Source: an uncultured Thermoplasmata archaeon (GTDB taxonomy: Archaea; Thermoplasmatota; Thermoplasmata; UBA10834). From it: DNA of 64,000 nucleotides. The position numbers and the translations under genes were made by a program. The stretch lies in contig CAVRDX010000004.1 in the NCBI GenBank assembly GCA_963719945.1, forward strand, positions 256,001 through 320,000, written 5' to 3'. Below the pieces are notes generated by a model, which searched no databases, was not told the DNA's origin, and saw only the letters and a list, made by a program, of their open reading frames with translations. The number at the start of each line of letters is the position of its first letter. Positions within the stretch are counted from its first letter, which is position 1. Below are positions 1-10,212 of this stretch, piece after piece.

Positions 1-1
1 G

Positions 2-196
2 CGGATCGCGGCCCTCAGAAAGGTCATTGGTGATTTGGAGATAATCAGCCCTGGTGTGGGTGCTCAGGGCGGGAAGGCATCGGACGCTCTAAAAGCAGGT
101 GCTGACTACATCATCGTCGGAAGGGCGATATACGAAGCCTCGGACCCGGGGAAGGCTGCATCGGATTTGGCCGCAGAGACCAAGTCCTGTATATGA
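2..196 (+). CDS. pyrF: Orotidine-5'-phosphate decarboxylase, C-terminal part (runs off window start)
   Basis: Manual translation of frame 2: ...[11 protein letters not shown]...[13 protein letters not shown]...*; PGVGAQGG and IVGRAIY are OMP decarboxylase motifs. Confidence 0.9.
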   Translation, partial: RIAALRKVIGDLEIISPGVGAQGGKASDALKAGADYIIVGRAIYEASDPGKAASDLAAETKSCI

Positions 197-337
197 TGCG
201 CGTACATCAGAGGTGCACGTTCCGAATCCATGACCTTGGCAATGCCAGATATTCGACTTCCGGGTCACCACGTCCGTAGGACGTGACCCCTAACGCTTAT
301 ATAGTGCCCCAAGCATCGCTGGTGCTACTATCACTAG

Positions 338-3300
338 GTGGAATTATCGTTGGCCGAAACAAGGGATAGTCCTGCTAGGTCCCTGTTTCCCAAGCTATTG
401 AAGGGGGAGCGGGGTCCGAGCGAATTTGGTAAGTGGATGAGGGCGAATTGGACAGCACTGCTCATGCTGTCCTTCATATTCCTCCTGGCGCTCTTTGTAC
501 GGTCGTATTTCGCATACGACACATCCGTGAACAACGGGTACTTAGTATCAGGTGGATCTGACTCGTATTACTGGGACAGAATCATCAACTACCATGTCGA
601 AACGGGCGATAGCCTCTATTTCGACCCGATGTTGAACTATCCTTACGGCGGTATCAACCCGAGACCTCCGGTCTACAGCATGGCCATTGCCATCCCGGCG
701 GTGCTCTCACAGGGTCTGTTCACATCGATCGATGATGCGACTGGGTTCATGATCGTCTGGTCGACCGCTTTCTGGGGCGCCCTGACGATAGTGCCAGTCT
801 ACTTCCTTGGGAAGGAGACATTCGGAAGACGCGCAGGTCTCGCCGCGGCGTTCTTCTTCGCCCTTATGCCTGCTCACGTCCAACGTAGCGTGTTATCCAA
901 CGCGGATCACGATGCCCTGATCCTATTCTTCATAGTGCTCATATTCTACTTCCTGCTCAAGTCGGTCAAGATCCAGGAACACAGGAGATGGGTCCAGGGT
1001 TGGAGGAGCTGGTCAAGCTTCAAGGCTGGCATGAAGGACTACTTCGCGAACAGCCACGCTCCGATTCTCTACGCGCTTCTCGCGGGTATCGCCTATGGCG
1101 TGCTGATGATGACTTGGGTGGGATTCGCATATGTGACGGTCCTTATACTGGTCTATTACATCGCGCAGTTGATCTTCAACAGGTTCAAGAACCAAGATTC
1201 GACAAGCGTGACCATTCTGATGCTCTTTACGTTCAGCATCGGCTACATCATTGCGCTCCCGTACTACATCAACTACTACGACTCCTTCATGGAGATCCGT
1301 TTCCTCGTGCCAGTCTATCTGACGTTCGGTGCTATGCTCTTCGGCGGGATGTTCGTAATCACCAGGGACTATCCATGGACATTGAGTTTGCCCGCGATTG
1401 GTGGAGTACTATCCGTCGGTGTCCTGAGTGTGCTGATACTCTACCCTGAACTGGGTGAGGCGATCATCACTGGTGCAGGTTACTTCCAGACCAGCAAGCT
1501 GTACTCGACCATCGCAGAAGCGCGTGCACCGATATTCTCCGAGCTCGCGTTGTCTTTCGGCATCGTGACATTCTTCATGTCGCTGGTCGGGCTCGTATGG
1601 GCAGTCCTCAAACTCCCGAAGCGTGCGACGACCGAATACATGTTCATAGTCGTCTGGCTCGCAGCATCAATCTTCATGGCGATCTCAGCTGGCAGGTTCA
1701 TGTTCAACGCTGCGCCCGCCTTCGCCCTATCTGCCGGTTGGGTGCTGATATTCATCGTCGACGGACTCGATTTCGAGAGTGTGCGCAAGACCATGATGGG
1801 TGCCGGCGGCTCTTTCCTGACAGTGTTCAGGAAGAGCGTGAAGATCAGGCATATCGTAGGTGTGCTCTTCCTCGCATTCCTTATCGTTCTGCCGAATGTC
1901 TGGTACTCCGTGGACGCGGGAATGCCTTCGGAAGTCAAGCGGATGTACGATAAACAGGTCTATTCGACACTGCCAGACTTCATGCAGCAGAGCGATTACG
2001 ACGAGATAAACGGGACTTACTGGTACTTCGGTGCCTTCGGCTACTCGTTGCCTCTGCCGACATACTACTATCCTGCCGCATGGTCTTGGTTCTCAGAACA
2101 GGATTCAGGAGTTTATCCGGATTCAAGCAAACCCGCCTATGTTGCATGGTGGGACTACGGTTTCGAAGCCATCGATGTGGGCGAACACCCTGCGGTGGCA
2201 GATAACTTCCAGAACGGCTATCGTATGACTGGTAATATCATCCTGGCGCAGAGCGAGGAGGAAGCCATCGCTCTGTTCGCATACCGGCTGATCGAAGTGG
2301 GCCTCTCCGAGGGCGGGGACATGGAAGTCGGCATCAATGCGCTTCTCGAGAGATACGGCATCTCGTCCGAGAGGATGTCAGAAATCCGGTTTGGTTCCGG
2401 GCAGGCGCTCATAGATGAGGTGCTCGCGGGTCCAGATGTGTACGGTCCGATGTCACAGGACCTGGATGTCGAGAACGCCCGCATAACCGTTGCGCGTGTC
2501 GAACTCGCGAAGATAGGCATGGACGGCCTGGTGGCACTGTACGATGACCTGTGTACCTTCACAGGCTGGGAGATCAGGTACTTCAATGTGGATTCCAGGA
2601 TGTTCCCTCTCTCAGGGTCGAGCACCGGCATATTCTACGCTCCTGCGAAACTGGCTGACCGGAGGTTCGCGGAAGGGTCCTCGATACCATACGACTTCTT
2701 CCGTATCGTTGCCGTGGACTCCAGCGGTGTCCAGCACGAGCTCGAGGATCTCACTTACAATATGAACATCGTGAGCTACGAGGTAGTCTACACTGAGATG
2801 TTCTACAACAGCATGTTCTACTCTGCCATGTGTGGATTCAGCGGCTCCGACCTCGGCCTCGAGAACACGGGTCTCCCTGGTTACTCGGGAGATATCCAGG
2901 GCGAGACACCGATGCCTGGATGGAACATGACACACTTCAGGATGGTCTACAGGACCGCCTATTATAACCCGTACCCGACGGACGAGATACCTTATCACTC
3001 CGACGCGACCATCGCGATAAGCTACGACGAGGCGCTCGAGATCAGCAAGAAGATCGCAGCTGGCGAGATGGAAGGGTACGTGTACGCTCCCGCTTCGGTC
3101 TACCAGAGTGGGACAGTGTTCTTGGAGTACTACCACGGTGCATACGTTAACGGTACCGTCACTACTGAGGAAGGATACCCGGTCGAGGGAATGGTTGTGA
3201 CTGTACTGGACGAGTACGGCATACCGCACCAGGTGACCACGACCAACGCCGTGGGCGAGTATTCTCTGCTCGCTCCGTTCGGGAACGTCACAGTCGTGAT

Positions 3301-6300
3301 CTCGCAAGGTTCGTATTTGACGACCTCGCTGATAGGCACAAACGAGATCGATTTCGTTCAGTTCAATGTCACTGACGACCAGGCCATGCGCGTGAAGCAG
3401 GACCAGAACGGCGACGGGATACTCGACTACATAATCACCAAGGACTTCGTGATGACCAGCACACCAGTGTCCGGCGACATCTTCTGGGATGTCGACAATG
3501 AGGGCAATTACACCGCGGGCACGGACGAACTCATCTCCGATGTGACGGTGGTCGCGGTCGACACGGTCTCTGGCAGGGCATACACATTCGACGCATCCGA
3601 TGGCACCTATGAGGGCACGCTTCCACCAGGTCAATACGACTTCAGTGCGATCGTGTTCGGCAAGAACCTGACGAACGCCGCGATGGCTAATGTCACATCC
3701 GGCTCCGAATTCACACTCAACCTGCCGATCGTTCCAGGTGGAATCACCGGCTACGCCAGCTATGCAGATGGTGAACCAGCCGCGGGCGTGGAGTTGGTAC
3801 TTTCCGACATCGCATCCGATATGCAGTTCGTCACTGTCACGGACGAGAGTGGCGAATATCTGTTCGACAGGGTCATCGAGTCCAAGTACAGACTTCAGAC
3901 GACGGATCCGGGACTGATAGTGTTCGACGAGAAGTTCCTCGTCACCACCTACACAGAGGGGCGGAACATCACTATTTGTGACAAGATTTCGATATCGTAC
4001 AGAGCATCGACCATTGACGGCGTCTCCGCGGCCTTTGCCTCGTATCTGCTTTCGGATGACTATGATGCATCCGAATTCCTGACGGGAAGCGCGGATAGAT
4101 ATGGTCGGATCAGCCTCGATCTGCCGGTGGGACATTACAGCCTGTACGTCACATACAATTCTGGTGATGTGACCTATGCAGGCGCAATCGCGATAGATGC
4201 GAGCACATCGTCGACAGGCACACTCACACTCGCCGAAGCCTACAGGATCGTTGGCGGACTCACGTCCCCTAGTGGGTCAGTTGCGAAGAGTTGCTATGTC
4301 ACATTCACATCGCAGAACGGCGCAAGGACCCCAGTCCTGAGTGATAAGTATGGCAGTCTGGAGACATGGCTCCCGGCCGGCATATACGCCGTAACGGCAG
4401 CCTCTGAGACGTACAGCGGCATCTACTCCTCCTCCCTCACTGTCAGTTCGGACATCGTGGGAACCAGCTTCAAGATGTCCAGCGCGATCACGATATCCGG
4501 GACTCTGTACATGGACTCCAATAGCGATGGGGCGATATCCATGTCTGAGGTTGGATCGGGCGGACTAATGATCTGCACCGACTCCTTCGGAAGGATGCAC
4601 TACTGGAGAGCGGATTCCGGCGGGGCGTTCTCTATCATGATCCAGAAAGGCATCAATACGGTCCTCACGAGTGGAAATGATGGATACTCGTCTTGGTCCA
4701 GCAGCATCCTCTTCGGAGACGATGTCTCAGACACCTCCCTAATAATGGTGCCTGACCAAGTCGTCGTCACTGGCAAGGTGACTTCGGGCTCCCTCGGCAT
4801 CAGAGGCGTCGATGTCTTGTTCGACCCGACGAGCACCAGCATATCCCCAGTCACTGTGGTGTCTGGAACGAACGGATACTTCTCCGTGGCAATCGATCCA
4901 TCGGAGTACACGGTCATAATCGATCAGGAATCATCCAGTGTTGAGGGCCAGTGGTATCAGTACGAATCGGATGTCGAGATACTGCCGAGTTCGGCATCCA
5001 TGACCCTGAATATTCCGGTGACCACGCGAGTCGAGGTTTCCGGCAACATCATCGGGGCATCGTCTGATCTGAGTGTCCGCTTCACGGGGCCTGAAACCAA
5101 GGAACAGTCGCTCGACCTATTCAGCTATTCCTTGCTTCTGATCCCTGGCACATATGACGTGTACGCAAGCGGGCTCACGGGAAGTTCCAGTTACGCCAAG
5201 ATGCTCTCTTTCGAAGTATCTCTCGACTCTAGGGTGTGTGATATCCATCTCGAGCTTGCACGCGACCTGTCGGGGACCATCACTATCGAGAGCTCCACTG
5301 TGACCAAGCCGGTCACTGTCACGGCTACCTCGCTGCTGGGCGTCCAGATATCCGAAGAATCCTCGAATTCTGGAGTCTACAGTCTGATTCTGCCACAAGG
5401 GACCTATGTCGTCTCGTACCTTCTGGAGAGCACTCTGGCAGATGCATCCGGCACGAAGTACATCGAATACTACGACGAGTCGATCATCGAGGTGAGTTCG
5501 GCTGACGTCATCGAGAGTCCAGAACTCAGCATGCGGTTCGACAACACGACCCTGAGTGGACAGGTCGTCAATGAATATGGCACGCCTGTGACGGCGTTCA
5601 TCCAGCTGACTCCTAATGGTAACAACGGCATCGCAACATCGTTCGCGACATCGTCATCAGGTTCGTTCTCGGCCAAGGTTCAGCCGGGAGACTATACGAT
5701 GTATGTTACTCGATCGACTGACAAGCGTGTATCTATCAGCTATATGCACATCGAGAGGAACACGCCCGTCGAGCAGACGGTCGCTCTCTCGGTCGGTGTA
5801 TACCTGAAGGGCACACTGACAGTCGCAGGTTCGGCATCGCAGGAGACTGTACTGATCTCCAATGGGGAGACGCAATTGTCCCTCGTCCCTGGAGCAGACG
5901 GATTCTTCAACGCGCTCGTGCCTAATGGCGAGTACACGGTCAGCTCTTCGGCCTCCAGGGTCGAAGGTGGCATGACTGTGAGTTACGGCCTCTCGAAAGA
6001 CGTGGTCATGAACAAGAGCGATGTCTTCGTCGATCTCTTCCTGGTGCGAAACACGAAGCGCTCGGTCGTCGGCAGCTGGGATTCCACTGCACTCAAGACG
6101 GTCGCGCTCGGAGGAGAGATCAGCTATGTGATCTCCCTTGATAACACGGGGAACGTCGCAGATACCTACACGCTCTCATCCTCGAACAGCGACTTCGAAG
6201 TGACCTTCGAGCCAGCCGAGGTGTACGCCGACTTCGGCACTTATGGCGATAAAGTATACGTCATCGCGAGGATAACGATCGGCGCCTCGCTCGAAGCGGG

Positions 6301-6922
6301 GAACAATACGCTTACCGTGACAGCGAAATCGAATTCCCAGAGCAGTGTCCGGACCGATATCAGCATGATCGTGAACGTACTGCCATCCCACTCAGTGACG
6401 ATAGAGAGCACGGGCACTGGCAGCCCCGTCAATGGGAACAGCACCGCCACGACCTTCGTCGTGACCAACACTGGCAATGTCGCTGATGAGTTCACGCTCG
6501 AAGTGTCCAACCTGCAGGCGCTGGAGTCCTCTGGCTGGACGGCTAAGGTCGTGGATGTCGGAACAGGTGTGGAAGTGACATCCGTCGAGCTCGAAGCATA
6601 TGAGGAAGCGGAGTTCAAGGTGATGTTCACAAGCATTCGCGCGACCCCGGACCCGAAGGCTGAAGCGGTCGTTCTGGCCGTCTCAACCGTCAACGACGGT
6701 GTCGAGGTGCAAGGCACGATCGCAGTCAAGCTGCCGGACCTGGTAGTGGGTGCTGGCGACCTCGAGGTCGATCGGGACGATGTTTCGTATGTGTACGATT
6801 CGAGCCGCATGTACCTTGATGTGATACTAGCAGCGATGCTCGCAGCTCTTGTGGCGATGTTCTTCATAATGAGGCGCCGCAAAGGTCTAGGCAGATCATC
6901 CGACAAGGGGGGTAAGAAATGA
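338..6922 (+). CDS. aglB: Archaeal oligosaccharyltransferase (STT3/AglB) with a very long C-terminal extension of beta-sandwich (carboxypeptidase-regulatory-like) repeats and a C-terminal TM anchor
   Basis: Multi-TM N-terminus with DSYY, DHD and TIAE motifs; WWDYG and ADNFQ; repeated G-x-V...G-x-Y...PGxY units; ends in a hydrophobic helix plus RRRK. Confidence 0.9.
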   Translation: MELSLAETRDSPARSLFPKLLKGERGPSEFGKWMRANWTALLMLSFIFLLALFVRSYFAYDTSVNNGYLVSGGSDSYYWDRIINYHVETGDSLYFDPMLNYPYGGINPRPPVYSMAIAIPAVLSQGLFTSIDDATGFMIVWSTAFWGALTIVPVYFLGKETFGRRAGLAAAFFFALMPAHVQRSVLSNADHDALILFFIVLIFYFLLKSVKIQEHRRWVQGWRSWSSFKAGMKDYFANSHAPILYALLAGIAYGVLMMTWVGFAYVTVLILVYYIAQLIFNRFKNQDSTSVTILMLFTFSIGYIIALPYYINYYDSFMEIRFLVPVYLTFGAMLFGGMFVITRDYPWTLSLPAIGGVLSVGVLSVLILYPELGEAIITGAGYFQTSKLYSTIAEARAPIFSELALSFGIVTFFMSLVGLVWAVLKLPKRATTEYMFIVVWLAASIFMAISAGRFMFNAAPAFALSAGWVLIFIVDGLDFESVRKTMMGAGGSFLTVFRKSVKIRHIVGVLFLAFLIVLPNVWYSVDAGMPSEVKRMYDKQVYSTLPDFMQQSDYDEINGTYWYFGAFGYSLPLPTYYYPAAWSWFSEQDSGVYPDSSKPAYVAWWDYGFEAIDVGEHPAVADNFQNGYRMTGNIILAQSEEEAIALFAYRLIEVGLSEGGDMEVGINALLERYGISSERMSEIRFGSGQALIDEVLAGPDVYGPMSQDLDVENARITVARVELAKIGMDGLVALYDDLCTFTGWEIRYFNVDSRMFPLSGSSTGIFYAPAKLADRRFAEGSSIPYDFFRIVAVDSSGVQHELEDLTYNMNIVSYEVVYTEMFYNSMFYSAMCGFSGSDLGLENTGLPGYSGDIQGETPMPGWNMTHFRMVYRTAYYNPYPTDEIPYHSDATIAISYDEALEISKKIAAGEMEGYVYAPASVYQSGTVFLEYYHGAYVNGTVTTEEGYPVEGMVVTVLDEYGIPHQVTTTNAVGEYSLLAPFGNVTVVISQGSYLTTSLIGTNEIDFVQFNVTDDQAMRVKQDQNGDGILDYIITKDFVMTSTPVSGDIFWDVDNEGNYTAGTDELISDVTVVAVDTVSGRAYTFDASDGTYEGTLPPGQYDFSAIVFGKNLTNAAMANVTSGSEFTLNLPIVPGGITGYASYADGEPAAGVELVLSDIASDMQFVTVTDESGEYLFDRVIESKYRLQTTDPGLIVFDEKFLVTTYTEGRNITICDKISISYRASTIDGVSAAFASYLLSDDYDASEFLTGSADRYGRISLDLPVGHYSLYVTYNSGDVTYAGAIAIDASTSSTGTLTLAEAYRIVGGLTSPSGSVAKSCYVTFTSQNGARTPVLSDKYGSLETWLPAGIYAVTAASETYSGIYSSSLTVSSDIVGTSFKMSSAITISGTLYMDSNSDGAISMSEVGSGGLMICTDSFGRMHYWRADSGGAFSIMIQKGINTVLTSGNDGYSSWSSSILFGDDVSDTSLIMVPDQVVVTGKVTSGSLGIRGVDVLFDPTSTSISPVTVVSGTNGYFSVAIDPSEYTVIIDQESSSVEGQWYQYESDVEILPSSASMTLNIPVTTRVEVSGNIIGASSDLSVRFTGPETKEQSLDLFSYSLLLIPGTYDVYASGLTGSSSYAKMLSFEVSLDSRVCDIHLELARDLSGTITIESSTVTKPVTVTATSLLGVQISEESSNSGVYSLILPQGTYVVSYLLESTLADASGTKYIEYYDESIIEVSSADVIESPELSMRFDNTTLSGQVVNEYGTPVTAFIQLTPNGNNGIATSFATSSSGSFSAKVQPGDYTMYVTRSTDKRVSISYMHIERNTPVEQTVALSVGVYLKGTLTVAGSASQETVLISNGETQLSLVPGADGFFNALVPNGEYTVSSSASRVEGGMTVSYGLSKDVVMNKSDVFVDLFLVRNTKRSVVGSWDSTALKTVALGGEISYVISLDNTGNVADTYTLSSSNSDFEVTFEPAEVYADFGTYGDKVYVIARITIGASLEAGNNTLTVTAKSNSQSSVRTDISMIVNVLPSHSVTIESTGTGSPVNGNSTATTFVVTNTGNVADEFTLEVSNLQALESSGWTAKVVDVGTGVEVTSVELEAYEEAEFKVMFTSIRATPDPKAEAVVLAVSTVNDGVEVQGTIAVKLPDLVVGAGDLEVDRDDVSYVYDSSRMYLDVILAAMLAALVAMFFIMRRRKGLGRSSDKGGKK

Positions 6923-7719
6923 AGACCTTGGCAGTCCGAGCGATGACATTGGCAGTGCTGACCGTCATGGTCCTGGCACTGTGCGTGGTCGCAGTTGATC
7001 GCGCATCGACCAACGCGGCTGCATACTCCCCGATATCGGTCTCAGTCGAAGTGGCCACCGCGGCAGAGAAATCCGCCGTCATCCCGTGCACGATCACGAT
7101 CGCAGGCGGGCCAGCATCAGATGCACCTGGCAATTACTCGTACAAGGCGGAGATCATTGCCGACAACAAGACCGGCTCATCCGTCACTTCTAGCACGGGC
7201 ACATCCTCATCTGGCAAGTTCAAACTGAACATCACCATGCCTGGATACGGTCCGCAGACAATCACGCTGAAGGTCAACGCGACCTCGAAGAACTCGGTCA
7301 CTGGCGACAGCGTCAACAAGATAAGTGAAGTGACGATCAAGGTCGTCGATCCGATCATCCTGAGAGTCACCGTACACAACACGGGTGTGGTCGATGCCAA
7401 GAACGTCACCGCTAAGTTCTACGCTGACGGGATACTCCTGAACACGCAGATATTCAATGTCTCTGCCGGTTCGTCCAAGGTGCTCAAACAGAACTGGACC
7501 TGGGTCAATATCGCTGATGGCAAGCATGTCGTATCCGTGATAATCGACGATCCGAACGGAATCGTCGAGTTCAGCGACGGGAACAATATCTATTCGATGA
7601 CGATCTACATCGGAGAGCAGAGCAACCCGATCGGTGGTGTGCTGACGGTCGGCGTGATCATTATGTCCTTGTTATTGGGATTGACCATGATGACCAAGCC
7701 GTCCCGCAGGAAGAAGTGA
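6919..7719 (+). CDS. Secreted/membrane-anchored CARDB (Ig-like) domain protein
   Basis: Signal peptide; TVHNTG...IDDPNGIVEFSDGNN CARDB signature; C-terminal TM plus basic tail; ATGA overlap with aglB. Confidence 0.75.
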   Translation: MKTLAVRAMTLAVLTVMVLALCVVAVDRASTNAAAYSPISVSVEVATAAEKSAVIPCTITIAGGPASDAPGNYSYKAEIIADNKTGSSVTSSTGTSSSGKFKLNITMPGYGPQTITLKVNATSKNSVTGDSVNKISEVTIKVVDPIILRVTVHNTGVVDAKNVTAKFYADGILLNTQIFNVSAGSSKVLKQNWTWVNIADGKHVVSVIIDDPNGIVEFSDGNNIYSMTIYIGEQSNPIGGVLTVGVIIMSLLLGLTMMTKPSRRKK

Positions 7720-7784
7720 TGGCGAGCGAGACTCGGGCCGGCATGATTGCCTATCTGGGATAGATATTATATCGCAGAAGCTCT

Positions 7785-8135
7785 TTGTGGCCAGTCAAGG
7801 ATGTGAGGCTCCTGTCAGAAGATATCGTACATCTTACAGATGCGAATTTCGAGACCGTCGTGAAATCCTCAGAAAAGCTGATAATCGACTGTTGGGCGCC
7901 ATGGTGCGGTCCTTGCAGGATGCTCGCACCGACGTTCGAAGCGCTCGCGAAGGATTACAAAGGCAAGGTCACCTTCGCCAAGCTCGACACAGACGAAGCC
8001 CCCAAGACTGCGATGTCGATGGGCATCAACAGCATACCGACCTTGATATTCTTCAAGGGCGGGAACCAGGTCGAGAGGATGACCGGTGCTCATCCGAGGG
8101 CGAACATCGAGAACACGATGAAGAAGCACTTCTGA
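7785..8135 (+). CDS. trxA: Thioredoxin
   Basis: WAPWCGPC active site and SIPTL cis-Pro loop; true start may be a few codons downstream. Confidence 0.92.
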   Translation: MWPVKDVRLLSEDIVHLTDANFETVVKSSEKLIIDCWAPWCGPCRMLAPTFEALAKDYKGKVTFAKLDTDEAPKTAMSMGINSIPTLIFFKGGNQVERMTGAHPRANIENTMKKHF

Positions 8136-8156
8136 TGGTCTCGGAAATATCGCACT

Positions 8157-8783
8157 TCAAAACTTCTTCAATACTTCTTCCAACTTTTCCTGAAGGTTCT
8201 TGGCGCTAGCGGCGACCGCCACCTCTCCACGTGTCTTCTCCAGCAGACTCCTCGCGATGTCCTGCTTCCGCCTTATGGCGACGATGGCGTCGGGATAATC
8301 GAACCTCATCAGTGCTGTGTACAGATCCTCCATCCTGTCGAGGAAGTAGTTCGCCCTGATGACGTTACTTCTCTTCAGCTCGTCAAGGGCAAGACGCCTC
8401 AACTCTCCGACCGAATCTCCGAGCGCGAGCAGATAGGCGACGCTGGATACCCCCAACTCCTCCGGTGATGGCACATCGTCCCTTTCCAGCAGTGATAGGA
8501 TAATTCCAACCTCTGCATACTCCTGGAACGCGCTCTCCACATATCCGGCGGACCATAGGTCCGGATGGTCCGCTAGCAGGCTGGACAGCATCGAAGCCTC
8601 ATCCTTCAGCTCGTCCAGGGCCTCGGCGATATCCTCGTCCCTGTGGATGCTCTTCATTATTCCTCCTGACAGTCTTACAACGGCCCTGGACGATTTCAAG
8701 GCGACCTCCCTGATCTGATCCTTCTCATCCAGTTCCTCTTCTATCTTCGTGACTACTTTCTCCAGGTTGATCATCTTGAGCAC
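8157..8783 (-). CDS. Translin/Trax family RNA-binding protein
   Basis: All-helical; QEYAE, YLLALGDSVGELRR and RRKQD motifs of archaeal translin. Confidence 0.85.
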   Translation of the reverse strand: MLKMINLEKVVTKIEEELDEKDQIREVALKSSRAVVRLSGGIMKSIHRDEDIAEALDELKDEASMLSSLLADHPDLWSAGYVESAFQEYAEVGIILSLLERDDVPSPEELGVSSVAYLLALGDSVGELRRLALDELKRSNVIRANYFLDRMEDLYTALMRFDYPDAIVAIRRKQDIARSLLEKTRGEVAVAASAKNLQEKLEEVLKKF

Positions 8784-10099
8784 CCTCTGATACCATTCAT
8801 CCTGACGACTTTCGCTTCCAGCATGACCCGCTTGCCGATGTCGTGTCTCACGAATATCTTGCCAGAGACATGCCTGATCGCGTTCTCTGCGATCCTCTCA
8901 GCCTCGTCTATCTCCTCCGAGACACCGACGATGCCCACAGACCTCGACGTGGTGGTGTAGACCTTCCCATCCTTCTCGTTCACGCTAGCATAGTACAACA
9001 CCGCGCCCTCGTCCGATATCGCCTTCTCATCGACCTTGATCTCCTCTCCTGCGAGAGGTTTGGAGCCGTATCCTGCAGGGACGACGTACTTACAGACGGA
9101 GGCTTTTCTGTGGAATTGATTGAGACCGTTCGCGAGGTTTCCGTCTGCCATCCCCTGGCATATCTTCACGAAATCGCCACGCAACAATGTGAGGACGTTC
9201 ATGGCTTCGGGGTCTCCGAACCTCGCATTGAATTCTATGACCTTGGGGCCATCCTTCGTCAGCATGAACTGGCCGTACAGGGTCCCCTTGTACGGCGCCC
9301 CCTCCTTCTTGAGGGCGCCGACGGTCTGCTCTATTATGGACACCGCCTGGTCATAATCCCCCTTGGTCAGGAACGGCAGGAGCCCATCGGACTGCGAGTA
9401 TGAGCCCATGCCTCCGGTGTTGGGCCCTTTATCTCCCTCATAGGCCCTCTTGTGATCTTGGACCGCTGGCATGGGCAGTATCCTGGTGCCATCGCAGAAT
9501 GCCTGAAGCGTGAACTCCTCGCCGACGAGCTTCTCTTCGAGGACGATCTTGCTGCCGCCTATGCGGCTCGATATTATCTCCTCCGAATAGCGCAGGATGT
9601 CTTCCTTGGTCATCATGTGTTCGCCAAAGACCTTCACTCCTTTCCCGCCTGTGAGTCCTGTCGGCTTGACGACGATCTCGTTCCCGAGCGCGTCCAGGCC
9701 TGACACGACTTCGTCCATCGTATGGGCCTCGATGAATCTCACAGATCCCTTCACACCGTATTTCTTCATCAGGTTCCGCATGAAGATCTTCGAGGTCTCT
9801 ATCCTCGCAGCGTCCTTGGACGGACTGGCTGTGGGTATGCCCGCATTCTCGAGCCCGTCCGCCAGACCGACCTCGAGAGGCGCCTCCGGCCCTACGACCG
9901 CAAGCTCGACACCCTTCCCCTTGGCGTACTCGACCACCTTCGCCACATCCATCTCGTCAACATAGAATGTGTCCTTAGCGATCCTAGCGATGCCGGGATT
10001 CCTGTTCTTCATTGCGACGAATACATCAGCGCCCGATCTCGCGAGTCCGCTAACGATCGCGTGCTCTCGGGCACCTCCCCCAACGGCCAGCACTTTCAT
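8771..10099 (-). CDS. purD: Phosphoribosylamine-glycine ligase
   Basis: VGGGAREHA, VGPEAPL, QDHKR, GPNTGGMG and EFNARFGDPE. Confidence 0.96.
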   Translation of the reverse strand: MKVLAVGGGAREHAIVSGLARSGADVFVAMKNRNPGIARIAKDTFYVDEMDVAKVVEYAKGKGVELAVVGPEAPLEVGLADGLENAGIPTASPSKDAARIETSKIFMRNLMKKYGVKGSVRFIEAHTMDEVVSGLDALGNEIVVKPTGLTGGKGVKVFGEHMMTKEDILRYSEEIISSRIGGSKIVLEEKLVGEEFTLQAFCDGTRILPMPAVQDHKRAYEGDKGPNTGGMGSYSQSDGLLPFLTKGDYDQAVSIIEQTVGALKKEGAPYKGTLYGQFMLTKDGPKVIEFNARFGDPEAMNVLTLLRGDFVKICQGMADGNLANGLNQFHRKASVCKYVVPAGYGSKPLAGEEIKVDEKAISDEGAVLYYASVNEKDGKVYTTTSRSVGIVGVSEEIDEAERIAENAIRHVSGKIFVRHDIGKRVMLEAKVVRMNGIRGCSR

Positions 10100-10212
10100 T
10101 ATATGCAACCGGCCAGGGCATCAGGCTCAGGTCTTAAGAAGATTTTCTATGGACCGGTGTTTTTTCGGTCATTCTTCTCTCCTTGCTGATGCCCAGCAAA
10201 TCATTTAAGACG

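Noticed and set aside
2612-4135. 507-aa antisense ORF inside aglB (and many similar shadow ORFs, e.g. 36743-37648, 24008-24907, 26702-27520)
   Set aside because: They lie wholly opposite well-supported genes and carry no motifs; this is expected from GC-rich codon bias.
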